Shown one piece after another: positions 1 to 14,517 of a stretch of DNA of 64,000 nt. The notes beneath the pieces were generated by a model. That model was not told where the DNA came from. It saw only the letters and a list, made by a program, of their open reading frames with translations, and searched no databases. Location: assembly GCA_951406725.2 (NCBI GenBank), contig OX597815.1:83018001-83082000 (forward strand), written 5' to 3'. Both the position numbers and the translations under genes were made by a program. The DNA comes from Octopus vulgaris (Eukaryota). Within the stretch, counting starts at the first letter, position 1; each line of letters opens with the position of its first letter.

Positions 1-401
1 AAAAAAAAAAAACATTTTATAGAACAAACGTCTACATATTTGTTTTTTGTTTTTTTTTTTCATTATTTCCAACAATTGAGGAGATATGATTAGAAGAGAC
101 AACGACCAAAAAAAAATTGAAGATTTCAAATATATGATTCATCAACCCGAAAAATGAGATTTAGGTGGCTGTTCTTTGAAGTAGATGACATAAATAAGAC
201 AACCGGGTGTTTTGATACAGAATAATTTACGATTTTGTCTTACTGTTTTTCTTTTTCTGTTTCCTAATATTATTTCAAACAGTCCTTTTTTTTTGTTGTT
301 AAGTTTTTTCCTTCATTAATTCATTAGAGGAGTGTAAAAAGACTTGGTTTGTTGTCAGACGTATATCTTAATACGCTCACATACACGAGACTCTGACACA
401 C

Positions 402-605
402 AGACACACATATACAAATATACGCTTACACAAGCATACAAACACACACATGTACATCTATACATAAAATGAGATAGAGGAAGAAGTAGAGCTATACATA
501 TGTAAATGGATGTGTGTGTGTGTGTTTGTATCTCTCTCTCTTTCTCTCTCTCTCTCACACTCTTGCACTATATAATATATAATATTTATAATATATATGA
601 ATATA

Positions 606-672
<67 letters not shown>

Positions 673-850
673 TTGTAGATGTGCGCGTATTTGTGTGCGT
701 GTGTATGTGTGTGTGTGTGTGTGTGTGTGTCTGTGTGCGAGTTTGTGCTTGAGCTTGTGTTGCTTCCGCAGCTATTTTTTGAGAAAGGCTTTGTACTCGT
801 GTAAATGTATGTGTTGTGCGTCCACATGTATCTATGCCTGTGTGCGCGTA
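402..850. repeat. Compound (CA/GT)n, (CT)n, (TA)n microsatellite
   Basis: Directly visible; accounts for the overlapping YI/CV/HT-rich ORFs here. Confidence 0.95.
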
Positions 851-1494
851 TATAAACAAAAAAAAAAGTTACTAACCCTACGTTTGTTCATGCTACGTTT
901 TATGTGTATCGTGGTATATTGTTTGATATATATGAGGTTTGATGCCTCAATTAATTGAAAGAATGAGATGAAGTGAGGCATGAAACTGACATGAAATGAA
1001 TGGAAGACATCTGATTTGTGACAGGGACTACAATTCAAGGGTAGTGTGGCCATGTGATGAAATAGTATATGGTGGGAACCCCCTGACTGAGATTGCAATG
1101 TGTTCTGACTTTTATTTTGTCTTTTTATTTTTAGATGATAACAGTAAGAGAGAGGATGAGAATGTTTGAGTAAATAGAAGTACTGAATAAGCAGATATAA
1201 TTCCATGGAATTTATCCTGTCATTGCTACTATCATGTGCTTTTTGGCAAGTAACTTTATGCTAAAAACTAGCGTTTACATTGATTTAAGTGTAAGCATGA
1301 ATTGCTAAACACGATCATTATACTGGAATTCGATTAAAAAAATTCTCGAAGTAGAAATAAGCGTATACGACCAAGTAATTGACCAGCGTCCCTACTCTAT
1401 TTAGCAGTTTGTTATGCAGAGAGAGAAGTGTGTAACTCCAACTGTAGAGGTCCTTAAGTATTCGAAAAGTCTTTTTAGTTATGAATAATATCCT

Positions 1495-1676
1495 TTTTAC
1501 TATAAATACAATGCCTGAAATTTTGCGGGAGACGTTAATTGATCACATCGACCCCAGTGCTTGACTGATGCTTATTTCATCGACTCCGAAAGGAAGAAAC
1601 ACAAAGTAGACCTCGGTGGAATTTGAGCTCAGAACACAAGACAGACGAAATGCTAACGATTCTGCAAGCTCACGCC
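1495..1676 (-). mobile_element. SINE family 1, degenerate copy
   Basis: Shares catcgaccccagt, ccgaaagga and cctcggtggaatttga blocks with the better copy at 4546-4779. Confidence 0.75.
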
Positions 1677-1874
1677 ATGCAAAGGTAGATAATATTAGAG
1701 GGATTTCAATGATTAGTATACTGTTGCTAATAAAGCCTGACATCCAAGATTAGGACTTTTAATTAATAAACTGACTGTTCTGACTATATGAATGCAGGTA
1801 CACAAAGGAAGGTACAACTCGTAACTGAAAGCGAAATTTGCACTGATAAATAAGCTAATACTTTGTGGGTTTCC

Positions 1875-2193
1875 TATGGCATGGGTGCATGGTAAGAGGG
1901 TTACTTCTCAACCATATGTTTTCAGACAGGCCCTATCCAATTGTATGGCATTTTGGGCATGTATCATCTACTACATTTTCGGGCCGACGAAGTTCTTGTG
2001 AGTGGATATGAAAGAAAAAAACTGAAAAAAACCCCCGACGTATATATATATATATATATAAAGTTAATCCAAACAAGAAAACAAAAAGACAACAACGCAA
2101 GGATGTGGAACAAATAAAGTATTATTGGACGCTCAGGAAAGAAGGGAAGAAAGAATATACATATATATATATATATATATATACATACATACA

Positions 2194-2263
<70 letters not shown>

Positions 2264-2505
2264 ATACGTGAATGAATATATGTGTGTGTGTGTGTCTATG
2301 TGTTTGTTTGTGACCTACATCACTTGAAATTCGGCATTGTTTTGTTTACGTAATTGTAACTTAGAGGTTAGTCAAAATGGAGAGATAGAAAAAGTACTAG
2401 ACATAAAATATCATAATTGCGGGTGATTGGTTCCACTCTGGCACTTCAGTGCGGTGACCCAACGTGACCGCAGTCCAATAATTGACCTAAGTAAATGATA
2501 AAAGA
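1875..2505 (+). mobile_element. SINE family 2 (internal microsatellite), degenerate; contains a nested piece of the 32.3 kb Penelope-like repeat at ~2060-2152 (minus)
   Basis: Collinear with 48832-49266 (ggccgac...cttgtgagtggat...aaactgaaa, then TA/GT run, then gtaacttag, aagtactag). 2060-2152 is the reverse complement of ~32480-32565. Confidence 0.75.
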
Positions 2506-3035
2506 TACAACTAATAATTTCTCATGTGGAGTTGGACTCAGTTCATAAGTAGAGTATAATGAAATCGTGTCAGTAGTAGCTGGCAATGGAAATGGGCTTA
2601 ACTTTTTCGTTGGAGTGTAACATTAAACTCATTTTTTGTATACTTCCTTTTTCATGAGAACATCGATATTTATTATGATAAAAAACCTTTGTCACCAGAT
2701 GGATGAAGCACTAAATTTTTAAAGACAATCCGTTCAACATCTGATAACTTGAGCTGTACGAGGAAACAGTGTGTCAAAGCATTTTGGTGTTTTTATTCAG
2801 CTGTATCCGAAGCCTATCGAATATATTCAATGAAGTAGGTCTATCTATTACAGCCAACAAAATTCTGATCGTTACAGAAACATTTGAGAGTAATATCGCT
2901 ATTATTTCTAGGTGGTCGAGTGACTGTATAAAGCCTTCCTAATCAGGTGTCGTAGATGCATGACAACAGACATAGTAGTTCGAATATTGTTATCTCAAAG
3001 TGCTGTGTACATATAAAATTAGTGCAAAACAAAAC

Positions 3036-3246
3036 GCGGCAAACTGGCCGAATTGTTAGCACACCGGTAAAATACTTAGCAGCATTTCCTCCGACTTTAT
3101 GTCATGAGTTCAAATGCCACGGGGTTCGACTTTGCCGTTCATTCTTTTCGAGGTTGATAGAACAGATACTATTTGAACACGAGCTGATGTAATCGATTTA
3201 CACTTCCATCGAAATTTGATGGCCTTGTGCTAAAATTTGAAACCAT
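3036..3246 (+). mobile_element. SINE family 1
   Basis: ctggccgaattgttagcac head, gagttcaaatgcc B-box-like motif, ggccttgtgc...tttgaaacca tail. Confidence 0.8.
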
Positions 3247-4545
3247 TACTAGTGCTACACACTACAGAATGTATTTATAGATTTTAGCCAACACATTGTG
3301 CATAAACAGATTCGGACATATTGCTTGTCATTGTGTACAATGTGTGTGTAAATCATTTGCATCGTTACAGATACCCGTATTTTTAAAGTAACGTGAAACC
3401 GAGTTACATTGAACAGTTTTAGACTTCTTATTGCAATAATTTCATAAACTTTTTTTTAAATCTTAACTAAATTTGACTATGTTAGGGGGACTAAATAGGT
3501 AAGCTGATATATGAAATAGAGATAAGTTGCAGTCAATATTTGATTACTTCTTTTTTTATATAATTGTCGTTGTTCAAAGTAACTCCTGATTTGGGATTAC
3601 TTTGAACAGTAATGTTGTTTTTGAACAGTGATGTTCAAAATTACTCTTATTACTCGATCCAAAATACAAGTTGATCCTATAAAAAAATACAATATTGTTT
3701 AAAGATTTATACTTTGCGCGTGTTTGTGTGCGTGCGTATGTATGTGCGCGTGTGCCCGTGTATAGGTGAGTATATGCATGTATATATATATATATATATA
3801 TATATAGGTATGTATGTATGTATGTATGAATGTATGTACATAAGAAGAAACCAAAGTAGAGAAAGCAATAACGTTGCAGAAAACATTTACATTGATTCCC
3901 ACTATCTTCATGGGATTCGGAAGAATGATGGTAGTAGTACATTAATAGAAGTATCGACTTACCACCACTATTCTATTGTCTTATTGTGTGTATGTATGCG
4001 TTTGTGTGTACTTGTGTGTGTGTGTGTCCGTGTGTGTGTGTGTGTGTGTGGTGTATAAATTATAAATAATCTGACATAGTAGCAGGTGTTTGTGAAAGGA
4101 AGATATTTTATCTCCTTATAAACAGCGAATGCAAGATATCGTTTCATTTGGTTTTACTGTCGAGGGAGAGTAAAGGGCAGGAAAGAGTTTTAGTCTTTTT
4201 TTTTTTTCCTTACATTCTTCACAATGGGTGGCATTTCATTCCCAATTGTTATAGATGATAGACCCCGCTGGCAGTGGATGAATATTCTTCTCGATAATAA
4301 TTGCTAGAACAAAAATAGCAGCGGAAACAACATCGACACTAAATGTAAACGACAGTATGTACGAACAACTGTAGCAAAATAATACATCTTAATAGCTCAA
4401 CATCTTTCTCATTCTCTCTTTCTGTGTGCATATGTGTGCGTGTGTATACATATACTATAAATATGTGTGTTTGTGTGTGCGTATGTTTGCGTGTGTGTTT
4501 ATGTATTTGTGCATGTGTAAGTATGTATAGTTATGCAAGAATATA

Positions 4546-4779
4546 TATTAATTTCTTTACTACCCACAAGGGGCTAAACACAGAGGGGACGAACAAGGAC
4601 AGACGAATGGATTAAGTCAATTACATCGACCCTAGTGCGTAACAGGTACTTAATTTATCGACCCCGAAAGGATGAAAGGCAAAGTTGACCTCGGCGGAAT
4701 TTGAACTCAGACCGTAACGGCAGACAAAATACGGCTACGCATTTCGCCCGGCGTGCTAACGTTTCTGCCAGCTCGCCGC
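4546..4779 (-). mobile_element. SINE family 1, well-preserved tRNA-type copy
   Basis: Reverse complement reads gcggcgagcTGGCAGAAACGttagcac (A-box-like) ... GAGTTCAAATTCC (B-box-like) ... ttcatcctttcggggtcgataaattaagtacc. Several related copies in the window. Confidence 0.85.
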
Positions 4780-6864
4780 ATTAGGAACTGTCACAAATCA
4801 CTATTCCTGCTTCCGCACAGACGATATTCGGACGATTAAGAAAACTGGAAATATATGGTTATAAAATAACCATATAGTAATAATGCTTGCTTATCACAAG
4901 GAAAGATGGCTGTTTAATAGGATATAATAGAATCTTACAGGGTAGCAAATTTATCTTTGATTGAAAAATTGAAAAGGAGCAACACTTAGAATAATAGAAA
5001 TAATGATGTAGCAAGCACAACAGATATATAAGTCAATATAAAACAATATATGCATTTAATGCAAAAAATGTAAAAGGAGTTGAAACTTGTGTGTATGTAA
5101 AGAAAAAAAAAATGTTCAAAATTGTAAAGGAAGTAACCCCATGCATTTAAAGATTGAATGTGTTAAGAGACGTATTATTCCATTTTTTTTTCAATATTCA
5201 GGCATATGGAATACATATATTTGTTAGATCAACAAGATCTCCGTTCATATTTTTGCAGATAAATAATTTGAGGCGTATGTACGTTAATCCAACTTTCTTT
5301 CATTATATGCTGATATATAGAAAGCTTCGGGAGAATCTTACCGGGTTCCTGTATACATGATTATGTTGATAAAAGCAAGCTTTACAAAAATTTATGGCTA
5401 ATACAATATAAGTTTCTAATGCTCTGATGTTCTCTTATTTGCGTTAGTACTAATTATTAGAAACTTTTAAAAATAACTAAATTGAGGAAGAAATTGTTTT
5501 AAATAATTCAGTCAGACATAGAGTGATATTATTTATGTTACAGAGAATTATTTTTTATTATAATGTGAAATGGAATTTATTAATCTTTTGTAAAAAAACC
5601 TGTCTTAAGGTAATTTACATGAACTATCTTATGTTGCGATTAATTATTGATCGGAAAAAGAAAGAAATTCAATCAAAAGTCATGCCATTTACGATCGTAT
5701 GCTTAAACTGAAGGATAGATTACACGATATTTCTTATCTTGAGATATTAGAATGGACTGTGTATTGTATGTCATCTAAATAAAGTTATGTACTCTATATT
5801 GTTGGTGGATATTCCATCGTATCTAGGCGCAATTTTCAAAATTGTTACATCTTATCGACACAGCTAATGGATATTTTACGTTGTATTATAAGGGAATGTC
5901 AAGCTTTATGAAGTTCGGTATAACACAGTTGCGCAAACGTTTTCAGTATCATTTCAGTGTTTTCCAGCGAGGAATTTCATACAGACTGGTATGGTTTTAC
6001 TTGGTAAAGATGAAGCCAAAATTTATCCTTCCTTAATATCTTTGAACCACACACACATGTCCCATCCCCAATATGTTCATAGTCATTCATTGTCATTTAT
6101 TGTAACTAACGACTTAGTGCTTTTAATTACTAATTCTGGTTAGAATACGCTTAACTCTTTTATTGTTATAGCATCCTTTGCATAATGTGTGTAACACGTC
6201 ATTTTCCTTTTCTTACGTTTTCGTGATTCTGCTTAATGCTTTACATTAGACATCAGATATTTATGCTCCATATTGAATAATAAATACCTACTTCTACTGT
6301 ATATTGAAGAAAAACAGAATACTCAGTACTAAGTTGAATTACAGTCAACAATCAGATGCAATTTTGATTTATGATTGAATAGTGGCGGTTAATAGGCGGT
6401 TCTACTAGAGGGAATTTTATTATCTTGAAAAACTGAAATTAATAGGAAGTCTACCCCATAAAATGCAGTATCATTATCATGGCATAAGTAGCAACTTAGC
6501 AAGAACACTGGATACAATTCCACGCATTATTTGTTCTGACTTTCTACGATCTAAGTTCCGATTCTGCAGCGGTCACCTTTGGCTTTCACCATTTCGTGGT
6601 CGTTACGAAGCCAGGACGGAGAGAGTAGAAGAGTTAAAATTATATTCTGAGATACCTTGTGGTAGATGTTCCAGTTTTCTGCATCGTCATAGTAACGCCT
6701 GCGATGCATTGTTACAAACTTATCACAGCCAAGTTGGTGGTACCGAGAGGAGAAATGTACAGACATGGGCAACTGCAAACCTTCATTAATTAAAAATTTG
6801 TGTATAAAAATCCGTGTATGCGTAGGCAGATTCATGGGCAAACTGAACCAGTAAACGTTCTTTA

Positions 6865-9425
6865 TAATCATCTAATGCTACATAAAATACTACATAAAAA
6901 CGTAAGTTATTGCAGCTTTAAATATCACTAATATTATCCTGGATGCTCGAAAGATAATATCTATATTGCACTTTGGCTGTGATTGTAAAATTCAATAAAT
7001 TAAGTCAGATCTATTGAATTAGTAGGAAGTAACCTAAAAGCATAGATCTGTCTAAATATGACGGTGACTTGGAGGTTTCTAAAAAGTAAACAAGAACCAA
7101 AAGTGCCGTTACAGTTACTTACAAAGACTGTCCTTATCAAGGACGGGAAATTTCGAGAAATTTTTATTGATTGCAATATAAATGTAACAACAATGCTGAT
7201 CTAATTACTTCAATACAATATACTGCAAAAAAAAAAACGGCGTATATTCTTGTGTTAATTCTATGTAATTCATTATTGAATTGCTGATTCAGGAGTTCAA
7301 TTCGAGATGTAGGTCAGATAGTAATTATGCGAAATATTGAAATGCAAGAAAATCAATTCAGTATAGAACAAGTAGAAAGTTATTCAGATCTGTTTTTAAG
7401 AAAAAGGAAATTAGCAAGCAGAATATTTAGTCCACTATTATCCTTACTTAATCGATGATGTTTTAGAACATCAGAACTGGTTTTAGGTCAGAAATGTGTT
7501 GGAAGGTGGATATCATAATTTCTTCCTATAAAGATAACTAGTCGCGAATTATTCAGATCTGTAGGTAAGTGTTTATCATATAATATCCCGTTGGTTATTA
7601 TTATTACTGTAACGATAACCTTGTAGTTGATTCGTAGACTTACGTCAGAAATAGATTGTATGATGTCGTTAAGTGCCGAGAGATGTATATAATGTGTTTA
7701 TCATAGAAATAAGTAACTATTTAAACAACATTCAAATTCTCAAGTAAGATAAGAAGGATGTTTGCAGAAATGTCTTCGTAGTATTAGTAGTAACAAATAA
7801 GGGGAGATGAGCTAAACAAAATTATTTGCAACAATAACCAATATAAACTACAAAATTATCCACATTGTAGCAAATGATCTGCAGCAAAACAAAAACAATT
7901 GATCAACGGATTGTAAATAGAAGATACTCCTACGTCCACTCAAAATACATTTACAGCAAAATTTGTATAATAAAGTATCGAGGAAAGAAAAGAAAAACGA
8001 AATGAGGCGTAAACGGAGATTTGTTACTCTTGTTAGATTTTAATGTTGCTTTGTGCGTGCAAATGAGTACGTGTGCTTGTGTGTGCGTGCCTGTTTGTGC
8101 GTGGTGGTGTGTGTGTACCGATAGATGTTTGTATACAAGAATTAATGTGTATGAATTGACAACTGGTACTACTGAACAGATTTATTTTCTTATGAACAGG
8201 GCAGTGATATATCTTTAGCTTGTGACTAATATATTCCCCTTCCAGAACTCACCGCACAATAGAATCATAAAGCAAAATTTTGTTACATTGATGTTCTGAA
8301 CTCACATATTAAGGTACGTAAAGTTTTCTCGATCACTTCCGATTAATATCTTCATTTTCATGAAAACCTAGCTAACAAATATTCTTGTCATGAATTTTTA
8401 TTTCAATCTGCTATTGTATATGCAAGACTCCTGTTAATTGTTTTGCAGCTCAGCTTTTGCTTATTTCGCCAACATATATCAGTTTATGATGCTTACTGTT
8501 ATTAACCATATCAGCTGGCACGTCTCATTTTAATGTGGCACAGGTAAACACTCATATCCTTCTTACAAATCCAAATGATACATAACAAGTGGTATACGCC
8601 TATAATGAACCGATTTTACCCCCCCCCCTCGTATTTCAAGACCTCTTATAAGCACATTAGTGACCTAAATCTAGGATTGCACTACTATAAGATCATCGCT
8701 ACTGTAACGATAATAACGATGAAGTTTCTTTTTATTGGTATTATCCTTATTCAGAACTGAATAGTTCTGAACTAGTTATCATTGTATTATGTAGTGATTT
8801 TGTTCATGTGCATACTCCCCTCTGACATAAACCCAGTACTGGAAATCTATAACATCATTAACTCAGAAGGAAAATAGCAGACTGAATATTCTCATTGCAA
8901 TTTCCTGCAGACGGATCTGAATAACATTCTGCTAGTTATATAGTTATATAATGAATTGATTTTCTTCTCCATTTCAATACCTCTCATAACGTTACTCTTG
9001 ACCTAAATCTCAAAGTGAACTCCTTGAATCAGCTTGAATCAATTGGATCAGTTCGGTAACGATTTACACTGATTTAATATCTAGTGTGGTTTTCCTTCCC
9101 TATAGTGTAATTAACTTTTGACATCTACTAGTCAGCACATTTTCCTTGTAGCTAACAAAATTTTTCTGAATTACACAAATACAAGATAAATTGAGTATTC
9201 ATAACAGTACCGCAGCAAATTTTTCTAAACAGATCTATTTTCTTTATGCCTAGTCTCATTATTACTGGCTAGTACTGACCTAATTGACTGATTCGAACGT
9301 ACAACAGATTAATGCAATATTCATATGATCTTTGGATTCACTTGGGAAACGGTACTGACTTTCAGTATACATAGACAGATTTAATTAACTATCAACTTAT
9401 CGTAGCAGTACGTGATGATTATAGT
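6865..9425. repeat. Old long inverted repeat (arms ~6865-7975 and ~8270-9425, ~300 bp spacer)
   Basis: Manual reverse-complement alignment, e.g. 7283 gctgattcaggagttcaattcgagatgtaggtca vs rc of 8999-9033 gctgattcaaggagttcactttgagatttaggtca. Collinear matches continue over ~1.1 kb. Confidence 0.8.
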
Positions 9426-9743
9426 GTAATTGATCAAATACGATAACATCCTTCCGTGGTTCTGTAGTTATTTTCCTCAACTTCACAACTAGCTATTTCA
9501 GCTTAAAGCATTCGTGAATAGTTGCGTGTGCTACAAGACATCTTAGCGTCTAAGTATTACCTATCAGTATATTCGCTTTACATTCTTTCCTGACATTCCC
9601 AACATATGTGTTTGTATGTGTCTCTGCGTCAATATTAATTTCTGTGTAAGTGCAAGAAAGCATTTATATAATATTATTATATTTTCGCTCAAAGGAAAAG
9701 AGGGCATAATGCATTTTAAACGTCACAGTAATATCCTCACTCC

Positions 9744-9998
<255 letters not shown>

Positions 9999-10707
9999 TG
10001 ACAAAGGTCGTATCCATCTTGAGCGTATAGCTCCAGCAGTCAGCAGAGCTTAATCAAGTTTCCATGTTTCTTAACAGAGGGTGAGAAAAATACTAACCTC
10101 TGAAAAGACTCTAGTTGCTAACAGAGTTTAATCATCAGCTGGTATTCAATAGACTAGGATAATCAGGGATTTAGGTGATCTTAATGAGCGTAAATTCTTT
10201 TCAAACATATCGTGTTCCATATTTCACAAGGCTATGTCATGCTTCTTATAGTTGAACACAATCGTGCGCATACATATATACATACGTAGACACATATGCA
10301 TCCACACACGCAAAAGTACACACACATATGTACGTATGTATACACACACACACACACACACACACACATGCAATATCGAACACATACACATATGTGTTTT
10401 GCTGGTTCGTGGGTAGGCTTGTCAACACCCTGTGTCCGAACGAATCAAGGTAAATAATGCAAGGTAAATCGCTGTCTACGACTATATGTAAAATGGTGTA
10501 AGAACCGTTTACTGGTATGTCCCAGAAATTACCTTAAACACAATATTATTATCATTTGCCCCTATGTATGTTTCAATTTGCTGTTTCAAGCTTTGCATAT
10601 GATGCAAGTTTCGAATGCAAGTGGATGTTTTAGTTCTCTGTAAAATAATGCAATATCATTCGTAGTTAAGCATCCAATTCCGCTTGTAACATCCAATGTT
10701 GATTACC

Positions 10708-10738
<31 letters not shown>

Positions 10739-10749
10739 TATATATATAT

Positions 10750-10818
<69 letters not shown>

Positions 10819-10823
<5 letters not shown>

Positions 10824-11277
10824 TTGAGGGAATATTATTCCAAACTTCCAGGGAAAAATTCAATTTAGAAATACTAAATCAAATTTCACAAAATATATAA
10901 TATATATATAAATTAGAAAAAAAACAACTTTTATCAATTCAAAATGAAAAATCAAATTGCACCATCTAGAAAATTACATATGATAGAAATATTAAATATA
11001 CGATAAAAAATATACCGATGATTAAGTAAAGTGCAAAATAATAAATAAAACGTATATATATGGTAGTATAACGACACATGTTTCGTGGATATATTTAAAA
11101 AATAATTATAGTAAAACATTAGTAATAGTGGTAAAATCACTTCAGTATGAATATAGCCACTCAGGAGGTTAAAAATAACTACAATAACAAAATAATTAAT
11201 TTCTATTATATGTAATTTTCTAGATGGTGCAATTTAATTTTTCATTTTGAATTGATAAAAGATGTTTTTTTCTAATT

Positions 11278-11279
<2 letters not shown>
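10819..11279. mobile_element. AT-rich dispersed repeat with ~80 bp inverted repeat, probably Penelope-like termini
   Basis: 10909-10990 is the reverse complement of 11199-11278. The same family recurs at 30323-30520. Flanked by (TA)n and (TAA)n. Confidence 0.55.
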
Positions 11280-11331
<52 letters not shown>

Positions 11332-11570
11332 AACATACATACACATACATATATAAATATATGTTTATATATACGCACGCACACACGCTGACACACAGAA
11401 ACACACACATACACTCACACAAGCACACACGCATGCGAGCACGCACATATATTTGTGTGTATATATATGTATGTAAGTATCACAATTTCCAATTACAAAC
11501 TTTTATTAAGAACGCATTGCTAAGTCAAATTAATAATAATGATGAGGATGATGATGATGATAATGATAAT

Positions 11571-11887
11571 CTCTAAGAAGTGACAGCTACGAGAGACCTG
11601 TTAATTGAGGTCGTTAAGATCGGCAGCTGCGAGAGTTGAAGATAAAGGTTATCCCTATTGTCATCGGAGTATTGGGTTCAATACCACCCAATCTGAAAAA
11701 AACATCTGAAAAATCTTAGAGACACCCTACAATCTAGATGTGTTGCAAAATTCGGCATTTCTTGGAACTGCCTGCATATTGCTTAGAGTACTGTCTGTCT
11801 GAGTTCCTTCATGTGAATTGACAAACAGTACAAACCCCCAGTAGACACAATATCTTCAATCAACAACCTCACACTGTGTGACGTCTA
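11571..11887 (+). mobile_element. R4/Dong-clade LINE 3' fragment (family B)
   Basis: Frameshifted translation KIKVIPIVIGVLGSIPPNL...VLQNSAFLGTACILLRVLSV*, the C-terminus of the restriction-like endonuclease (REL) region; ends in (TAA)n. Confidence 0.8.
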
Positions 11888-12009
11888 TAATAATAATAAT
11901 AATAATCTCAGTTAAATGCCCGTAAAAAAGGTGTTAGCCATAAAATCCTTAGCATTTTCAGTTGTTATAGTTTCAATGCGTTGAACTGGAATATCAGCAA
12001 TATAAGGAC

Positions 12010-12518
12010 ATTTGACAAGAAATACGTAAACTGCTGTCTTGCAGTAAGAAGCACTACCCAATAATATCTCGGCAAATGAATTTGATAATCTCAGAAAATA
12101 TAAAGATATACTGATCGAAATTTAAAACATGTGGCATCTCAAGATAGTTGCAATACCAATGACTGAAAGATCACTTGGAATGATCGAAAAAGGAACTGAA
12201 AATAATTATATGAGGATGATCCCTGCCTTACCATCTATGCAGGAAGTGCAAAAGATTATCTTAACTGGTACGTCACACATACTTAGAACAGCATTGTCGC
12301 TGTGAGCTTCCGTTTATTGTTTCCCCTTTACTTTCTTTGATTACTCTTTTCATTTCCCCCCCCTTTTCTCTCTGTCTTTGACCCCTTTTTTCTATCACAT
12401 GTCTTTCTAAAGGAAGAATCTGGTGTGTTTATTTTAATGGCCTACCAATGTATACTATGGGTTTATCTGTCCTAGATGTCAGGAAGACACTCGACAAGAA
12501 ATGGAAACAAAATTGAAG
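12010..12518 (+). mobile_element. R4/Dong-clade LINE 3' fragment (family C), degenerate
   Basis: Homologous to 54900-55350 (LRKYKD..IEI..MWHLK, QEVQKIILTGTSHILRTALS; same 3'UTR). Confidence 0.85.
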
Positions 12519-12536
12519 GATGATAATGATGATAGT

Positions 12537-13074
12537 AATACCAGTATCTGGCTCTCATGACATCTGATTTAAAGTGATTAGAAGTGTTATCGTGTACATA
12601 TTTCGTCTTGGTATAAAAGATGGGCTACAGCAAATATTCTTCTCAATACCACATATTTGCTTGTCAGTTGTTTGACAATAGCCAGTTGAGCATGTCCCTT
12701 AGTGGCTGACGATATGTGCATCTCTGGTCATGAGCAGAAGAAGCGGGGGAGCATCATAGCTACGTGTTGAGAGGTATTCTTTGGGGTTTGAATGAGTTAT
12801 CTCTTGAAATATGGGTGTTTCGTTCAACATTCTCAAATAACTCTTATTCAGGGACCTTTTGATTGGGATGGACAACTAAATCTAAAGAAACTTCTAACTG
12901 GGCCCCACTTGCAAGGTCAAGCATGGTTTATCTTTACATGGGATCACAATGTCACGCACATGAAGTGATGCATGTTCCTGGTGTACCTTCATCAGACGGG
13001 TAGTTATGATGGGTATATTGTCCTTCCTATATTTAACCCCAGTGTCATTGTAATGGCATGCACTGCTCTCGTAC
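12537..13074 (+). mobile_element. Non-coding (TAA)n-tailed element X, near-complete copy
   Basis: Aligns along its length with 57008-57563; followed by (TAA)n. Confidence 0.85.
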
Positions 13075-13095
13075 ATAATAATAATGATGATAATG

Positions 13096-13126
<31 letters not shown>

Positions 13127-13134
13127 TAATGGTG

Positions 13135-13229
<95 letters not shown>

Positions 13230-13230
<1 letters not shown>

Positions 13231-13564
13231 GGGGAGCATCATAGCCATGTGTTGAGAGGGATTCTTTGGGGTTTGAATAATTTACCTCTGGAAACATGGG
13301 TGGTTCTTTCAACATCCTTAAACAACCCTTATTCAGGGACCTTTTGAGCAGGATGGGCTACTCAACCTGAAGAAAATTCTAACTGGGCCCCACCTGCAAG
13401 GTCATGTGCTGTTTATCTTCAGATGAGATCACCATGTCGCGCACATATGGTTGTGATGCATGTGCCTGGTGTACCCTTATCAGACGGGTAGTCATGATGG
13501 GTATATTGGGCTTCGTATATTTTACCCCAGTGTCACTTTGATGGCATGCACTGCTCTCTCACTC
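13230..13564 (+). mobile_element. Element X, 5'-truncated copy
   Basis: Matches the 3' ~335 bp of 57008-57563; (TAA)n on both sides. Confidence 0.9.
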
Positions 13565-13586
13565 AATAATAATAATAATAATAATA

Positions 13587-14515
<929 letters not shown>

Positions 14516-14517
14516 TT

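Noticed and set aside
355-958. Many ORFs rich in YI, CV, HT or homopolymer runs, here and throughout the window
   Set aside because: Translations of stop-free microsatellites; no coding evidence.
12689-12815. Possible type III hammerhead in element X (catGTC-ccttagtgg-CTGACGA ... GAAACATG)
   Set aside because: Stem I is only 2 bp, the stem II region is ~95 nt with no clear closing pair, and the motif is not kept in all copies.
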